Shown in pieces: positions 1 through 11,619 of a stretch of 64,000 nucleotides of DNA; within the stretch, counting starts at the first letter, position 1, and every line of letters starts with the position of its first letter. The stretch is from Girardia tigrina (taxonomy: Eukaryota). A program made the position numbers and the translations under genes. The stretch lies in assembly GCA_001938485.1 (NCBI GenBank), contig MQRK01230236.1:1-64000 (forward strand), in the 5' to 3' direction. The notes under the pieces were generated by a model, which had not been told where the DNA came from, did no database searches, and worked only from the letters and a program-made list of their open reading frames with translations.

Positions 1-1739
1 TCTGTGTCGATTGAATGGAAAATATGCGAGTTTAAAAATCCCCTTGAATACCAAACAAACAATTATCGAATTTTCAATATCTGTCTTGAAGTTTCTTTCG
101 AGTATTTTCAATTTTTTTTGAGAATAAATCGATTTCCTGCCTCATAATTGTGTTAGCGCTCATTGACACTCATTTGTGCATATCTATCGGCCAGAAAATC
201 TTTCTCGAAACAAAAACGGATTCATATTTGTCACAATATTGGCTACAGCAATCATCGCAAAACCATATGAACGCGATGATCATATTTATTTATTTATATA
301 TATATAATTATATATTTTATTTAATTAAGTTAATTTTTAATTTAATTTAATTAATTTTTTAATAATTATTTTAATTAAATTATTAAAAATATTGATTTTA
401 TTTAAACAAATGGGCTCAAAATTGGGTCAAAATGGAATCGCAACGCGACCATCCATGGATATATATATATATATATATATATATAGCTAATATAAAGAAT
501 GGAAAAAAAGCATAAAAACCCTGTAATACTAAAATATAATAATTGGGAAAACCTTTTGACGAGTTCCAGGTGCCAAGATATATATATAGTCAACAGTTTC
601 TTATCATATTGTCATTTCTATGTCCATAACCAAAACTTGATAAGTCATACCTTCTACTGAGATTCAGGGGCCCAGCTATAGTACTTACAGGATAATTATT
701 AATAAGTAAACTTTTTCAATATTTTATTTGAATCTTGTTATTAGATATAGTAATTAAATAAGTGGGATAAAAGAATGTTATAATAATTTTCTGATACATG
801 AAAAAATAATATAACTATAATATAAAAGTCCTTCATAGTTCACAAGGAAAATTTGCCAATGATTTTCATTATATAATAAATAACGATTGTATTACATGGA
901 AAAACTTAAAGGGAAATTCCAAAATTACTCATCCAAAAGGAGAATAAAGACGCTAAACATTACAACTAATGGAAAAAGTATCTCAAAACGACATTTTAAA
1001 ATGACTTAAAAGAGAGTATTCATCAAACCGTACGTACGGAATCAAATTATTCGATGAATACTTGTTTTAAATATATTTAATGATATATTGATCAAGTCTG
1101 TCTCCATCAGACATAACGTGTTCCAAATTGATATCTATCGAACATGAAACCTCTATTCACATGAATGTCAGCATCCAAAACAGCACAGTAAAGAGTCAAA
1201 ATATCCATATGAAACACCAGATGCAAAACAGTAAGTTTCCTACAGATGAAAAGTACGAAAAATAGTTCAAAATGTTGTTCTGGCCAAAAAATTAAATACT
1301 TCATTATTTTTTCCATACAAGTAAAAGGACGTCTAAATAGATCAATACGACTCATAAGTAATCAAAGTTGACTTGAAACCAGAAACCTTTTGTCTAATGT
1401 GGTAAATATATAAGTCAGTCATTTAGCAGTTGTAGATTGTTTTGGCTAATTTTCAGTTTAGATTTTCTTGCATCTGTTCTTGGCTTACTTCTCATTATTA
1501 ATTATTAAGATGGTAATTCTTTACTTATCAATAGAAATAATTGTAGAAATTCATTATGTCTAAAGACTGGAAGAGAAGGGTCGGGGCCTTTTTAATTAGC
1601 TTTGTTTCCTCTTAGATGAATATGTGTAAACTTCTACAAGAGGCTGACAATGACCGTAAAATCGATAAATATTATTTAAAATAATATAACTTAATAAAAT
1701 ATAAACTTGAAAAAAATTGCAATTTTTTATTATAAACAA

Positions 1740-2530
1740 ATAAACGCCATTTAAAAATATATTTTAGGATAATATATTTCGACGGTTTAACCGTCATCAT
1801 CAGATCACTGATTATGTTCTTTTTTATTGCTTTTATATAAGAAATAAATGAGTATGTAATCACTTACGTAAGTCTAATCGAAAACTCTTAACAAATTAGT
1901 TGAGAGTGCTGTTTGAACATTGATTTTAGGATCACATGATCTTATCAACAATGCTTCACATGACACTCTCCCAATAATTTTTAAAATGCTTGCACAAAAT
2001 CTTAAAATCATTTATGCTCATATTACATTTACACGTTTTTTTATGCTCAGCAATATTACTCTTTCCCCCTTTTTGACTGTGTTCATGGACTCGTTTGCAG
2101 AGATGACGGGCAGTCTCTCCGATGTATGTGTCATTGCACCCATTACATGTGTATTGATAAACAATGTCCGAACACAATCCTAAAGGAGTATGTGATTTAT
2201 TGCAAAACATATTCTCAACTTTAAATGTTTGAGAAATAATTTTTAAATTTAAAATGTTATTTGTTGATTTCAAGATCGAATTCTTGAGGTGTTTAAAACC
2301 CTCGGAATAAGGTAAGCTTAGAGTATAATCAGGTGTAAAGCAGTTTTCAATGTTTAAACTATTATTTTTTTCATTTTTGATGACGTTTATTTGTTTTTAA
2401 TAAAATATCGCATTGTAAATAAAATGTAAAAGAAACAGTTTTCAATTTTTCTTTTAGGACCACACATTCAATAATTTGTCTAAACATTCTTATGGATTAA
2501 TGTAAATGCATGGTGTTCATTACAATTTTG
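1740..2530 (-). mobile_element. Penelope-like retroelement 3' fragment (GIY-YIG endonuclease + pLTR)
   Basis: ORF 1956-2273 contains SDIVYQYTCNGCNDTYIGETARHLCKRVHEH (PLE GIY-YIG with CxxC/HxxH). Upstream PYSEGFK motif. Downstream TATA and hammerhead. Confidence 0.88.
1768..1806 (-). ncRNA. Minimal type I hammerhead ribozyme (Penelope-type)
   Basis: Minus strand reads GAT CTGATGA T GACGG-ttaaa-CCGTC GAAA TATATT ATC: CUGANGA/GAAA core, 5-bp stem II, 3-bp stem I, palindromic AUAUAU stem III. Confidence 0.75.
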
Positions 2531-3249
2531 TATAAAGTTCTATTAATACTCGTGGGAAAAATTTTCGTAAAATATTGGAAATATAAACTTGTCTTCCTTG
2601 CTTTCCTAAGCCTAACTGACATAAATACATTGTATTTTTAGTTTTAGTATTCTATTTTTTATTTTTACTCTGCTTTTTTCAGAATATTTTTTTTGAATAG
2701 AAACAACTGAAGCAATAATCTTTGATGTATTAATTAATGATTTTTCCTTTTTCTTTCCGTTACTAAACAAACCAAGAGCCTATGTCTTTTCTTTTTGATA
2801 CAATCATTTTTATTTAATTATCCATTTATTAAACTCAGAAATTTTTATATAAATGCTAAATCTTTTGTACAAATGTCCACACAAATTTATAATGTGGACC
2901 TATGGGTTCTAATACGAAACAATATTAATAAACATTCTCAAAAAGGTTTATTAAATATTTTCTTAGTTTCATTCATTCATAATTTAAATACTTTTATCAA
3001 AATAACAAAAATTTGAATTGAAGAGAATTTTCCGAACTTCAAATCGCATCTTACCGCGGTCATACCTCTCTCCAAGTAACCGACTATGTTCTCTAATATA
3101 AAGTATTGTAATTTTTTCCATATCCTTTTATCCGCATTTAAAAATTTTAAATAACTTTTGTGTAAATGAATAAAACGTATTCCGCGTAATATTTATTCAC
3201 AAAACCCTGTTTACCAATTAGAAATTCCGGTAAATACTTTTAGACCTAT

Positions 3250-4224
3250 AAAAGACGTGATTCAAATTTATTAACAAGCGAAGGTGTATTTAATTTTTTA
3301 TTTAATTCTTTAAAAAGATCAAAATACTGCGTTTGCGAATAAAATGCTCCAAACATTAAAAAAAGCGGATCCTGGAACGGTGTGTTAAGAATCTGGTCTA
3401 ACTTTTCCAGTTTTTACAATATCCCAAACAGTTTACCAATAATTCAAGCACAATGTTTTTTGAGAGAGCTAGTAAAAGTTCGATTATACAATTTCCCAAG
3501 AAAATCATAAGTAATTTAAATTGTTCATCCACTGTTGAAGTTGAAAAAGAAAGTGATTTTAATGATTTTGAAATTATGACGGAAAAGGCGGATGTGGAGG
3601 CTGATGAAGAAATAGTTTTAGTAAATTCGACAAGTAATAAAAGTAAGTTAGAAAAAGCAATCAAAGAAAGCACGATAGAAATGTCTGCTTGTTCAAATGA
3701 AAAACAGAAAGAACAAAATTTGACTTATATAAAGGAAGAGGTATATATTTAAGAAATAACTGCAGCTATAACCACAAATTTAGAAACATTGATAGAAAAC
3801 CTAAAAACTATACGCTCGACAACCACGAAAAGTGAAAAGGTGTTTTCCATCGCATCATTTTTATTGACAGAAAAACGTATTTCACTGAGTGGTCTTTCCT
3901 TGAACGTTTTAGTGTTCTTTAAAAGTTTTTTTATTAACAATAATGATTAAAAAGAGTTCTTCTGTTATACGCTACATACAACTGCCCTACATTATTTTAT
4001 TTACTATTTTAATTTATTATTTTTATTTAATTATTTTTATTTAATGAATTTTTAAGTGTTTCTTTTGAAATATGAATAAATTTTATTTTGAGCTATGCTA
4101 CGCTTTTGTATTAAAAGTTACCCCAAGTTTTTTAGTGACAACAAAAATCCCAGGATCTCGGGAAAAGGTTGCAAAAATTCCCGTTTCCCGGAATGTTGAA
4201 TATGACCGAGAAATTGAAGCTCTA
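3250..4224 (+). mobile_element. hAT transposon 3' remnant (hATm-like)
   Basis: Broken ORF ending LKTIRSTTTKSEKVFSIASFLLTEKRISLSGLSLNVLVFFK (hAT dimerisation domain). Subterminal CCCG/CGGGA motifs and ...GCTCTA terminus. Confidence 0.7.
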
Positions 4225-7200
4225 GTTGTATTCATACATCCTTTTCCATAAATTATATTGAAATGTTGATATAGATTTACGGAAAACTATTATGATTTTT
4301 AAATGTGCACTAAAAAAATTTTGCCGCCGCATACATTTCTTACATTTTTTACTAAAATTAACAGATTCATTCATCGTTACCTTGTCTTGACGTATATCAT
4401 TTCAATACTTGACATTTATAATTCCCGAATATAAAACTTTTCTGTGCACAGTCAGATTAAGATGTGTAATTGGCGACTCTCTTTGGACAGTTTTATTAAA
4501 AACCAGTTATCATTTCTTAAATGAGGAATTCACTAAAGCATTTCTTAAAATCATTACTTTCCACAGTTGCAAAAATGTCAGTTGATCAAATTTTTATACT
4601 GATATTATTAATTATGATAATGAATTTTAAAAATAATAGTAAATGTTTCAAACAAAATCCAAACACTTTTCTTAAGATTGAAAAAATAATTAAAAAAGGG
4701 ATTAAAAGGATAATGATTAAAACGACATGTATGTAAATTAAATCCGAACTATGAAGAGTAGTTAATTTAGTTCGGTGATCAAAATTTAAATGTTTCTAAA
4801 AATTATTTTGAACTGAAATCAAATTGAAAATTTTAAAAATTAAGTAGAATGGTAGTTAAATATTTTAAATTTGAATTTGAAAATATTCTTTATAAATTTA
4901 TTTGATTTGAAATATTATTTTAGTAGAAAAATGAGTGGATTAAACAGATAACAGATAAAACAGTACTTTTGAAAAATAATAATTCTATTTTTATTTTATT
5001 AAAAATTTTATTAATATTTGTAAAACTTATTTTTCAAATTTTAAAATCAATTAAAGATATGATTAAAAATAAAATATTCAAAACATTAAAAAATTGAATA
5101 TTAAATATAACGTATTTTCAAAAATTTCAAAAATACTAAAAATAAATTATAAAATGTTTTTTTATAAGAAAATGCAAAATTAAAAAAAACAGAATATAAT
5201 ATTTCTTTTGAAAAAACAAAATTTTTAAAACATTATAAAAGGTTAAAATCGTTAACAAATTAAAAAATTAAATATTTTCATCAAAAACTAAACATACGTA
5301 AATTATTAATTTTCATAAATATTTTTTAAAAATTTAAAAATTTAAAATTAAATATTATTTTGATTTGATTGCAATTTAAAATTGAAAAATTATTGGAAGA
5401 TTGATTACAAAGTTAGCAAATAGTTGGAAATTTTGTTAGAAAATTGTTATTAAAAATATAGAAATTGAGTTAAAATGATTTTGTATTTTGATGTTACAAA
5501 TAAAAAAACAGATTCATTGATAAACACACTTGCGATTTTGTCAATTTTAGGTAATCTATAATTATTATTCAGTGTTAAATCTCACTATTAAAGTAGAAAA
5601 ATTTAACATCTTAAAATAGGCTGGATAAAAATACTGATTGGAGACTCCTATTTTCTTATTTTTTAATTAACTAAATCTGGGCATGATAATGAGTCTAACC
5701 TTAAATGAATTTAGATTATTGAATGTCCGAAAAACATACATCATTTATGAAAAAGTTGAAAAATGAAAACCAAGAACAATTCAGAGTTTAACAAACTTTG
5801 TGTATGATGAACGAAGAAACTTTGAGAAGTACAATGATAGATCTAATAATTTCAATGGTTGAAAGATGAGACAAATTAATCCAGGAAATTAACGTTAAAA
5901 ATGGTAATTTTGATTGTCTTTGAAAAAGATTAAACAATAAATTTAATATATTCATTATAATTTTTTTCTCTTTAAAATTGTCCAAATTAAAATAAAATAT
6001 ACAAAGTTTAGTATTTATTTAAATAACATAATTTTTATGGTTATTGATTTATATAAGGTAATGAGTATAGAAAATTTTTACTTATATTTAATAATTTTAA
6101 TTTAGAAGATTTCCTCTTTAACATCTTGAAAATCTAAGATGGAGATGAATGAAAGTATAACATTTTTTATTATATTTTCTAACTAGAGGCAACATATTTG
6201 TTGCTTTGATGCCAAGACGTCGTTTTAATCACTATTTGTCTTGTCTGATGATGAAGAATGATTAGTCGAAATTTATCACTTTATGACAAAAATCTTGAGA
6301 ATGGTGTTTGGAATTTTAAATATATTTTTCTTCTTTGTTCATAATATTATTAAAAACGATATAATTACAACTTCTTCTAATTCTATAACTAAAGTAATAA
6401 CAATGATTAGTTATAATATTATTAATACTATCTATAATAGATTAAGAATTAAGATAAAAGTCAAAATTGAATTTTAATAAAAAAAATCAAAAACATTCTT
6501 GTTTTTCAAAATGATGCTTTATGTAAATAAGTCACTTAAAAATTGATTAACAAATTAGCAACTTTCAACGATTTAATCGATTTTGAGTCAATATTTTCAG
6601 TCCAACACTCGATTTTTCCAGTCTGGTTTGAAAATGTTTGACCGAGTAATTCAGATAGCTTAGTCTTCTGAGAGCCGTTTCCGTACCTTTAACTACTAGA
6701 AAGTTTTTATTTTAAAATTATGGTATAGAGTAGAGTACATCGAATCCAGAAAATCAATAATATTTTTTAAAAATTCCTCATGACAAGGATGTAACTAAAT
6801 AAGCTCTAATTAATAAGGAATCCAAAAATATAATTATTACGACGACACCAAAAATTCATCAAGTTATGACAAATTAAAAAAAAATACAAATTTGAATTCA
6901 TTTCGAATCTATTAAATTTATATTTGAATCTATTTAATTTATAAATAAGGGCGCAATCGCAAAATTTGTATTTTTGCACAAAAAAGGACTAATTAATCAT
7001 TCAGTTTGTATTTTGTAAAATTGATTCATGTATTAACAAAGGAATTATATATACGCGTAAAATTTCAGCTCAAACTGACCATGGTAAGTAGGGGAAAATT
7101 GTTTAACAAATTTGTGGAACACATACATATATAGGAAGTGAGCTAATATAATCATGATAAAAATGATTAAAATTTGTAAATGAGCTATATGTAAATATTA

Positions 7201-7584
7201 ATAGGCGATGTAACTTGGAGAATAATTAGGATCCAAAAACTGCTGTATTATCAGAACTTTATTTCTTGGCTCAGAACCTAATATGACCCTTGTGTATCGA
7301 TAACACTATCTGAACACTGGTTGTGAGACATCCACTGGTGGACACAATATTCATAAACTATGACTATATTATCCATAAATAACAATATTTATTGATTGAG
7401 ATCAAATTTTATGTATAAATTTAATTATATATAATCAAAGCCTTAAATTTATATCATACAGAATTTAAGAAGTCGTTTTATGTAATAATTAAAAAAACTT
7501 CCGTTTTATTAAAAAGTGTGTTTTATAGGTTACATAGTTTTATAATTTAACAGAAAATTAATAGATATCATAAAAAATACTTAC

Positions 7585-7744
7585 GGGAATCACTTCTTCA
7601 TTGTTAATTGACCAGACTATATTTGCCCGAGGATGGCTAGTTATATTAATAATGAATTTCGCTGCGTTCCCCTCATCTATAACAACATCTTGGAGACCCT
7701 TATCAAAATGAGGAGCTTGATCTTCCTCCCTATCTTCGGTATTT
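7585..7744 (-). CDS. Kettin/titin-like gene exon F (Ig3 N-half)
   Basis: Follows a 58-nt intron. Encodes EDQAPHFDKGLQDVVIDEGNAAKFIINITSHPRANIVWSINNEEVIP, then a GTAAGT donor. The next exon was not found in the window. Confidence 0.85.
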
Positions 7745-7802
7745 CTGAACGCTTCACTTTTTTATTTAGTAAATAGAGAAACTAATGTTAATGACAAATT
7801 AC

Positions 7803-7901
7803 CTTATCTCTTCTTGGATGTTATACTCGAACTTTTTCAATTGAGAAATCGATTCTTCTTTCAAATTTGATTTTGAAATAATTTTTTCATCGGGAATACA
7901 A
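7803..7901 (-). CDS. Kettin/titin-like gene exon E (linker)
   Basis: TTTTCAG acceptor and GTAATT donor. Phase matches exon D (AA+T). Encodes CIPDEKIISKSNLKEESISQLKKFEYNIQEEI, paralogous to the linker in exon C. Confidence 0.8.
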
Positions 7902-8190
7902 CTGAAAAGACGATTATATTGTACTCAAAAGTAATTCCCAAAACTTGAATAAGTATTCATTAAATTTTTCAATTATAAATATTAAATATGGGTTTAAGCA
8001 ACTAAAACGACGAATGTTTCGAAAATGCAGTTGTAATAAAATTCAAATTTTGTTCATCAATTGTTCATTTTGGTAATTATTATTCTTATTCTACTTATTC
8101 GTTTAGGAAATCAAAATACACTTTGAGATGGGAATCATTTCTCTTTCGAGAAAAGGAACGTCCCTATGTACTTATTTTTTATGTCACATA

Positions 8191-8557
8191 TCTTCTTATC
8201 TTATAAAAGCCCAAGTCACTCACTGCCTGCCTGCCTCACTGCCTCACTAACGCTCATATTATCTACTTACAACTAGTAAATAACCCGTCATGTATGACGG
8301 ATATTATCTACTTACAATTGTAAGTAGATAATATGAGCGTTAGTGAGGCAGTGAGGCAGGCAGGCAGTGAGTGACTTGGGCTTTTATAATCTACTTACAA
8401 TTGTAAGTAGATATTTATATTAATAATAATTCATATGGAAAATTATTATTAGCAGAATTATTCATGATAATTTTCCATATGAATTATTATTAATATAATT
8501 ATCTACTTACAATTGTAAGTAGATAATATCCGTCATACATGACGGGTTATTTATTAG
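8191..8557 (+). mobile_element. Non-autonomous Helitron with an internal inverted mini-copy (8273-8390)
   Basis: A|TC start, TATAAAAGCCCAAGTCACTCACTG 5' region, 3' hairpin CCGTCA-taca-TGACGG followed by (C/T)TAG|T. Same family as 10827-11069. Confidence 0.8.
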
Positions 8558-10545
8558 TTTTATAATATACATTGTACTTCAAGAATCCATTCTACTGAAG
8601 ATTCTATTATAAATCGAAAAGCCGAACTAAAAAGTTTTCTTTTCAATTTTATAAAGCATCTAAAAACGATAAGGGCGTTACGTCGATGATGTTCATAACA
8701 AAAGAAATGGATTTTATACTTCTGTTTGATGTTCCACACCCTCTTGAATAATTTATTGATCTCCTCGATCTCCTTATCTTGATCAAAGTTGGCTGAATTT
8801 TTGTGAGTCACATTAACTAATAGTTCATATGAATTCTGACAGCGATCACTTAAGGAGTACGCTTGTTTGACGCTATAAGGATGTAGTTTATTTTCCATTT
8901 CACTAATATTTAAATAATTAAATTAATTTGGAGTTTGTTTTTTTAAATTTTAAAAGTATTATATTTTTTTTAATGTACTTAGATTAAAATGTATTTAAAT
9001 GAAAAATAATTGAATATAATTATTGTTCGAAAAATTTTACAAAGTACTTAACCGATACATAAAAGTGAGATTGAAATTATTTAAACAAAAAATAACATTA
9101 AAATTTAGTAGATAATATACAAAAATATATCTTATAAAATTTTTATTTTAATTATGTAAGTTTTGGATATCAGAGAAGTGAAAATGAGAATTGAAAATTT
9201 GTTTGAATTGTGTTATTAATGAAGATTGATTATTGTTTCTTACAATTCAATCTTTTATTATGGAGGATAATAATAAAATAACTGACAGTCTCATTAAAGA
9301 TTGGTAAAATTTTTAGAATTTATGAATAAAAATAAAAAAAATATAATACAGATTGTCTTTATTATAAACCAATATAAGGGTTGAACAGAGAGAATTTAAC
9401 AAATAGAATATGATGATTTGGGATGTATTTTTAAATAAAATAATATTTTTGCCAGCTTTACAATTTCCATTTTATTTTTTCTTATTTATAACTTTTCGCC
9501 ACCAAATCCTGAAGTTGAAAAATAATGATTTCTTAATGAATAAAAAACTTTCCACGTTAATTGTTTATTGTATCACGTATCAAATTTACTAAACACTGAA
9601 CCTCAGAGTTAGAATAACTCTTAAATAATAAATACCAATATTGCATGTTGTTTTTTTTGGTATTAAGGGTCTCATGGGTATTAAGTTTAAAAACTTACTA
9701 GTTTAAAATGAATAATCTAACTAACGTAACTCTAAGAATTCATACTAAAAATGACGACAAAGTCACTTGGTATATAAATAAAGTATAAGACAACAGTGTA
9801 TAAGACAACTCTTTATCCCTAAAACTTTTTGCGAAAATGGATGCCGTCTTATCTAACAGTAACGAAAAGTGAACATTTAATCCAGTGATTTTCACATTTT
9901 TTTAGGAATAAAGGGTCGTCCTATATACCAAAGTATGTGAATCGTAATTGAAAAATATATTTTAATAAAATATAACCAAGACGACGCTATTCCAATATAT
10001 TTATTAATCTGAAATTGATCAATAAATATAATAAATACATTTTGTTTAATGCATCCATTGAAAAGTTAATTTTTCAATGTATGCAGATATATAACAAATA
10101 TTACTTTTCACTGTATGGACTACTTTGCATGGCATGGACTAACTTTTTGATGCTTTGACTTAAAATAAAGGGAAAACAAAGAAAATTAAATGTATTTTAC
10201 TATAAACACTATTATTTAATATAAAGAAACAATTTAACTATATAATTATATAAATGTGCAATTTAACAATTATGACCATCAAATTCTGGCCCTAAATTAA
10301 AAACACAATTGTTGCAATTTTGAATGTTGAAGTGAAAATGTTTAATATTGCTTTCTTTTGTAGGAATGCATTTATTGTTACCCTGAATTAAAACCGCAAC
10401 TTTCAATTTCTGAGTATCAGACGACTCTATATATTTAATTATAAATTAATCAATATAATTTTAATACATATAGTACTATATAATTTTAGTACATCAAAAG
10501 TACTTTAAACAAAAATAACACCATTTTAATTTTAAATTTTTATTC

Positions 10546-10583
10546 GAAAACATGTTTCGCCACTTTTGTGGCATCTTCAGTTC
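10546..10583 (-). ncRNA. Minimal type I hammerhead ribozyme in a Penelope pLTR remnant
   Basis: Minus strand reads GAA CTGAAGA T GCCAC-aaaa-GTGGC GAAACATGTT TTC. Perfect core, stem II and palindromic ACAUGU. TATATAAA and two TGACGTAA lie upstream. Confidence 0.85.
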
Positions 10584-10826
10584 TGTATTTAATTAGAAAG
10601 TTATTGTTTATATAGAAAGATGACCATTACGTCACAGTGTGTTACGTCAAAATACTCTAATACTTTATTTACAAAATTACTATATTTACAAATGCATTAA
10701 ACAAAATTACATTCACTCATTTAAAAAGTACTTTTCAAATTTCGTGAAAATAATCATTTCAATATACCAGACGTTAATAGAAATACGATATCATTCAAGC
10801 AAATAACTAATAATTTTGTAGCTAAT

Positions 10827-11069
10827 TACTATATATATTATAAAAGCCCAAGTCACTCACTGCTTCACTAACGCTCATATTATCTACTTACAATTGTAAG
10901 TAGATATTTATATTAATAATAATTCATATGGAAAATTATTATTAGCAGAATTATTCATGATAATTTTCCATATGAATTATTATTAATATAATTATCTACT
11001 TACAATTGTAATTATATAATTATATAACTATATAATTATATCCGTCATACATGACGGGTTATTTACTAG
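10827..11069 (+). mobile_element. Non-autonomous Helitron (~240 bp)
   Basis: 3' hairpin CCGTCATACATGACGG, then CTAG|T about 8 nt downstream. No TIR or TSD. Internal palindrome ATCTACTTACAATTGTAAGTAGAT. Confidence 0.8.
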
Positions 11070-11377
11070 TATAATATAAATGATGAATCATGTATATCAG
11101 TAAGATATAATATTGTATAGTATTGTATTTAATGATACAAAATCTGATTGAAAATTTGTTTTAAAACATTTTAAGCATAAATCACAAAAGCTATGTCTGG
11201 GGTCCATTTGATGTTATATAATGCAAATTTGTTACGAAGTTTCGATTCCGTTTTATTCGGAATGAGACTCCTTTCATTGGAGCTGATTCAAATTAAACAT
11301 TTTAAATGATGTTCAAGTTTATTTATTTTATAATTATTATTTCTGAAGTAATAATTAATTAAGTAATAATGCATTAA

Positions 11378-11619
11378 CCCTTTCCAGCCAAAATTATTAT
11401 TTAAGCAAAATATTGGAGCATTGAATATCCGTTACAATGTTGATTTAAATTGCAAAGAAACAAGTGAGAATCGCGCTTTTTTGCATTCTAATATATGCAG
11501 TGTCATCTATTAGACTTTTTAGAAACTATTACTGTGTAAAATTTGAATTTGGTAAAATAGATAACTGTAATTTTATTTTTCAAATATGTTGCCATATGGC
11601 AACAATGGGCTGGAAAGGG
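11378..11619. mobile_element. piggyBac-type MITE
   Basis: TTAA|CCCTTTCCAGCC ... GGCTGGAAAGGG|TTAA. Confidence 0.85.

Noticed and set aside
150-600. Short Ile/Tyr/Phe-rich ORFs here and throughout the window
   Set aside because: Chance ORFs in AT-rich and (TA)n DNA, or antisense shadows of TE ORFs.
1090-1400. Coding-like stretch with possible splice signals, candidate next exon of the Ig gene
   Set aside because: No frame on either strand gives the expected Ig C-half (D-x-G-x-Y-x-C), and no family is recognisable.
8000-8070. Hammerhead-like TTGATGA...CGAAACATTCGTC on the minus strand
   Set aside because: Core C is mutated and there is no convincing stem II.
11230-11285. Hairpin ATTCCG/CGGAAT followed by CGAAAC on the minus strand
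   Set aside because: Lacks a correctly placed CUGANGA; at best a dead ribozyme.
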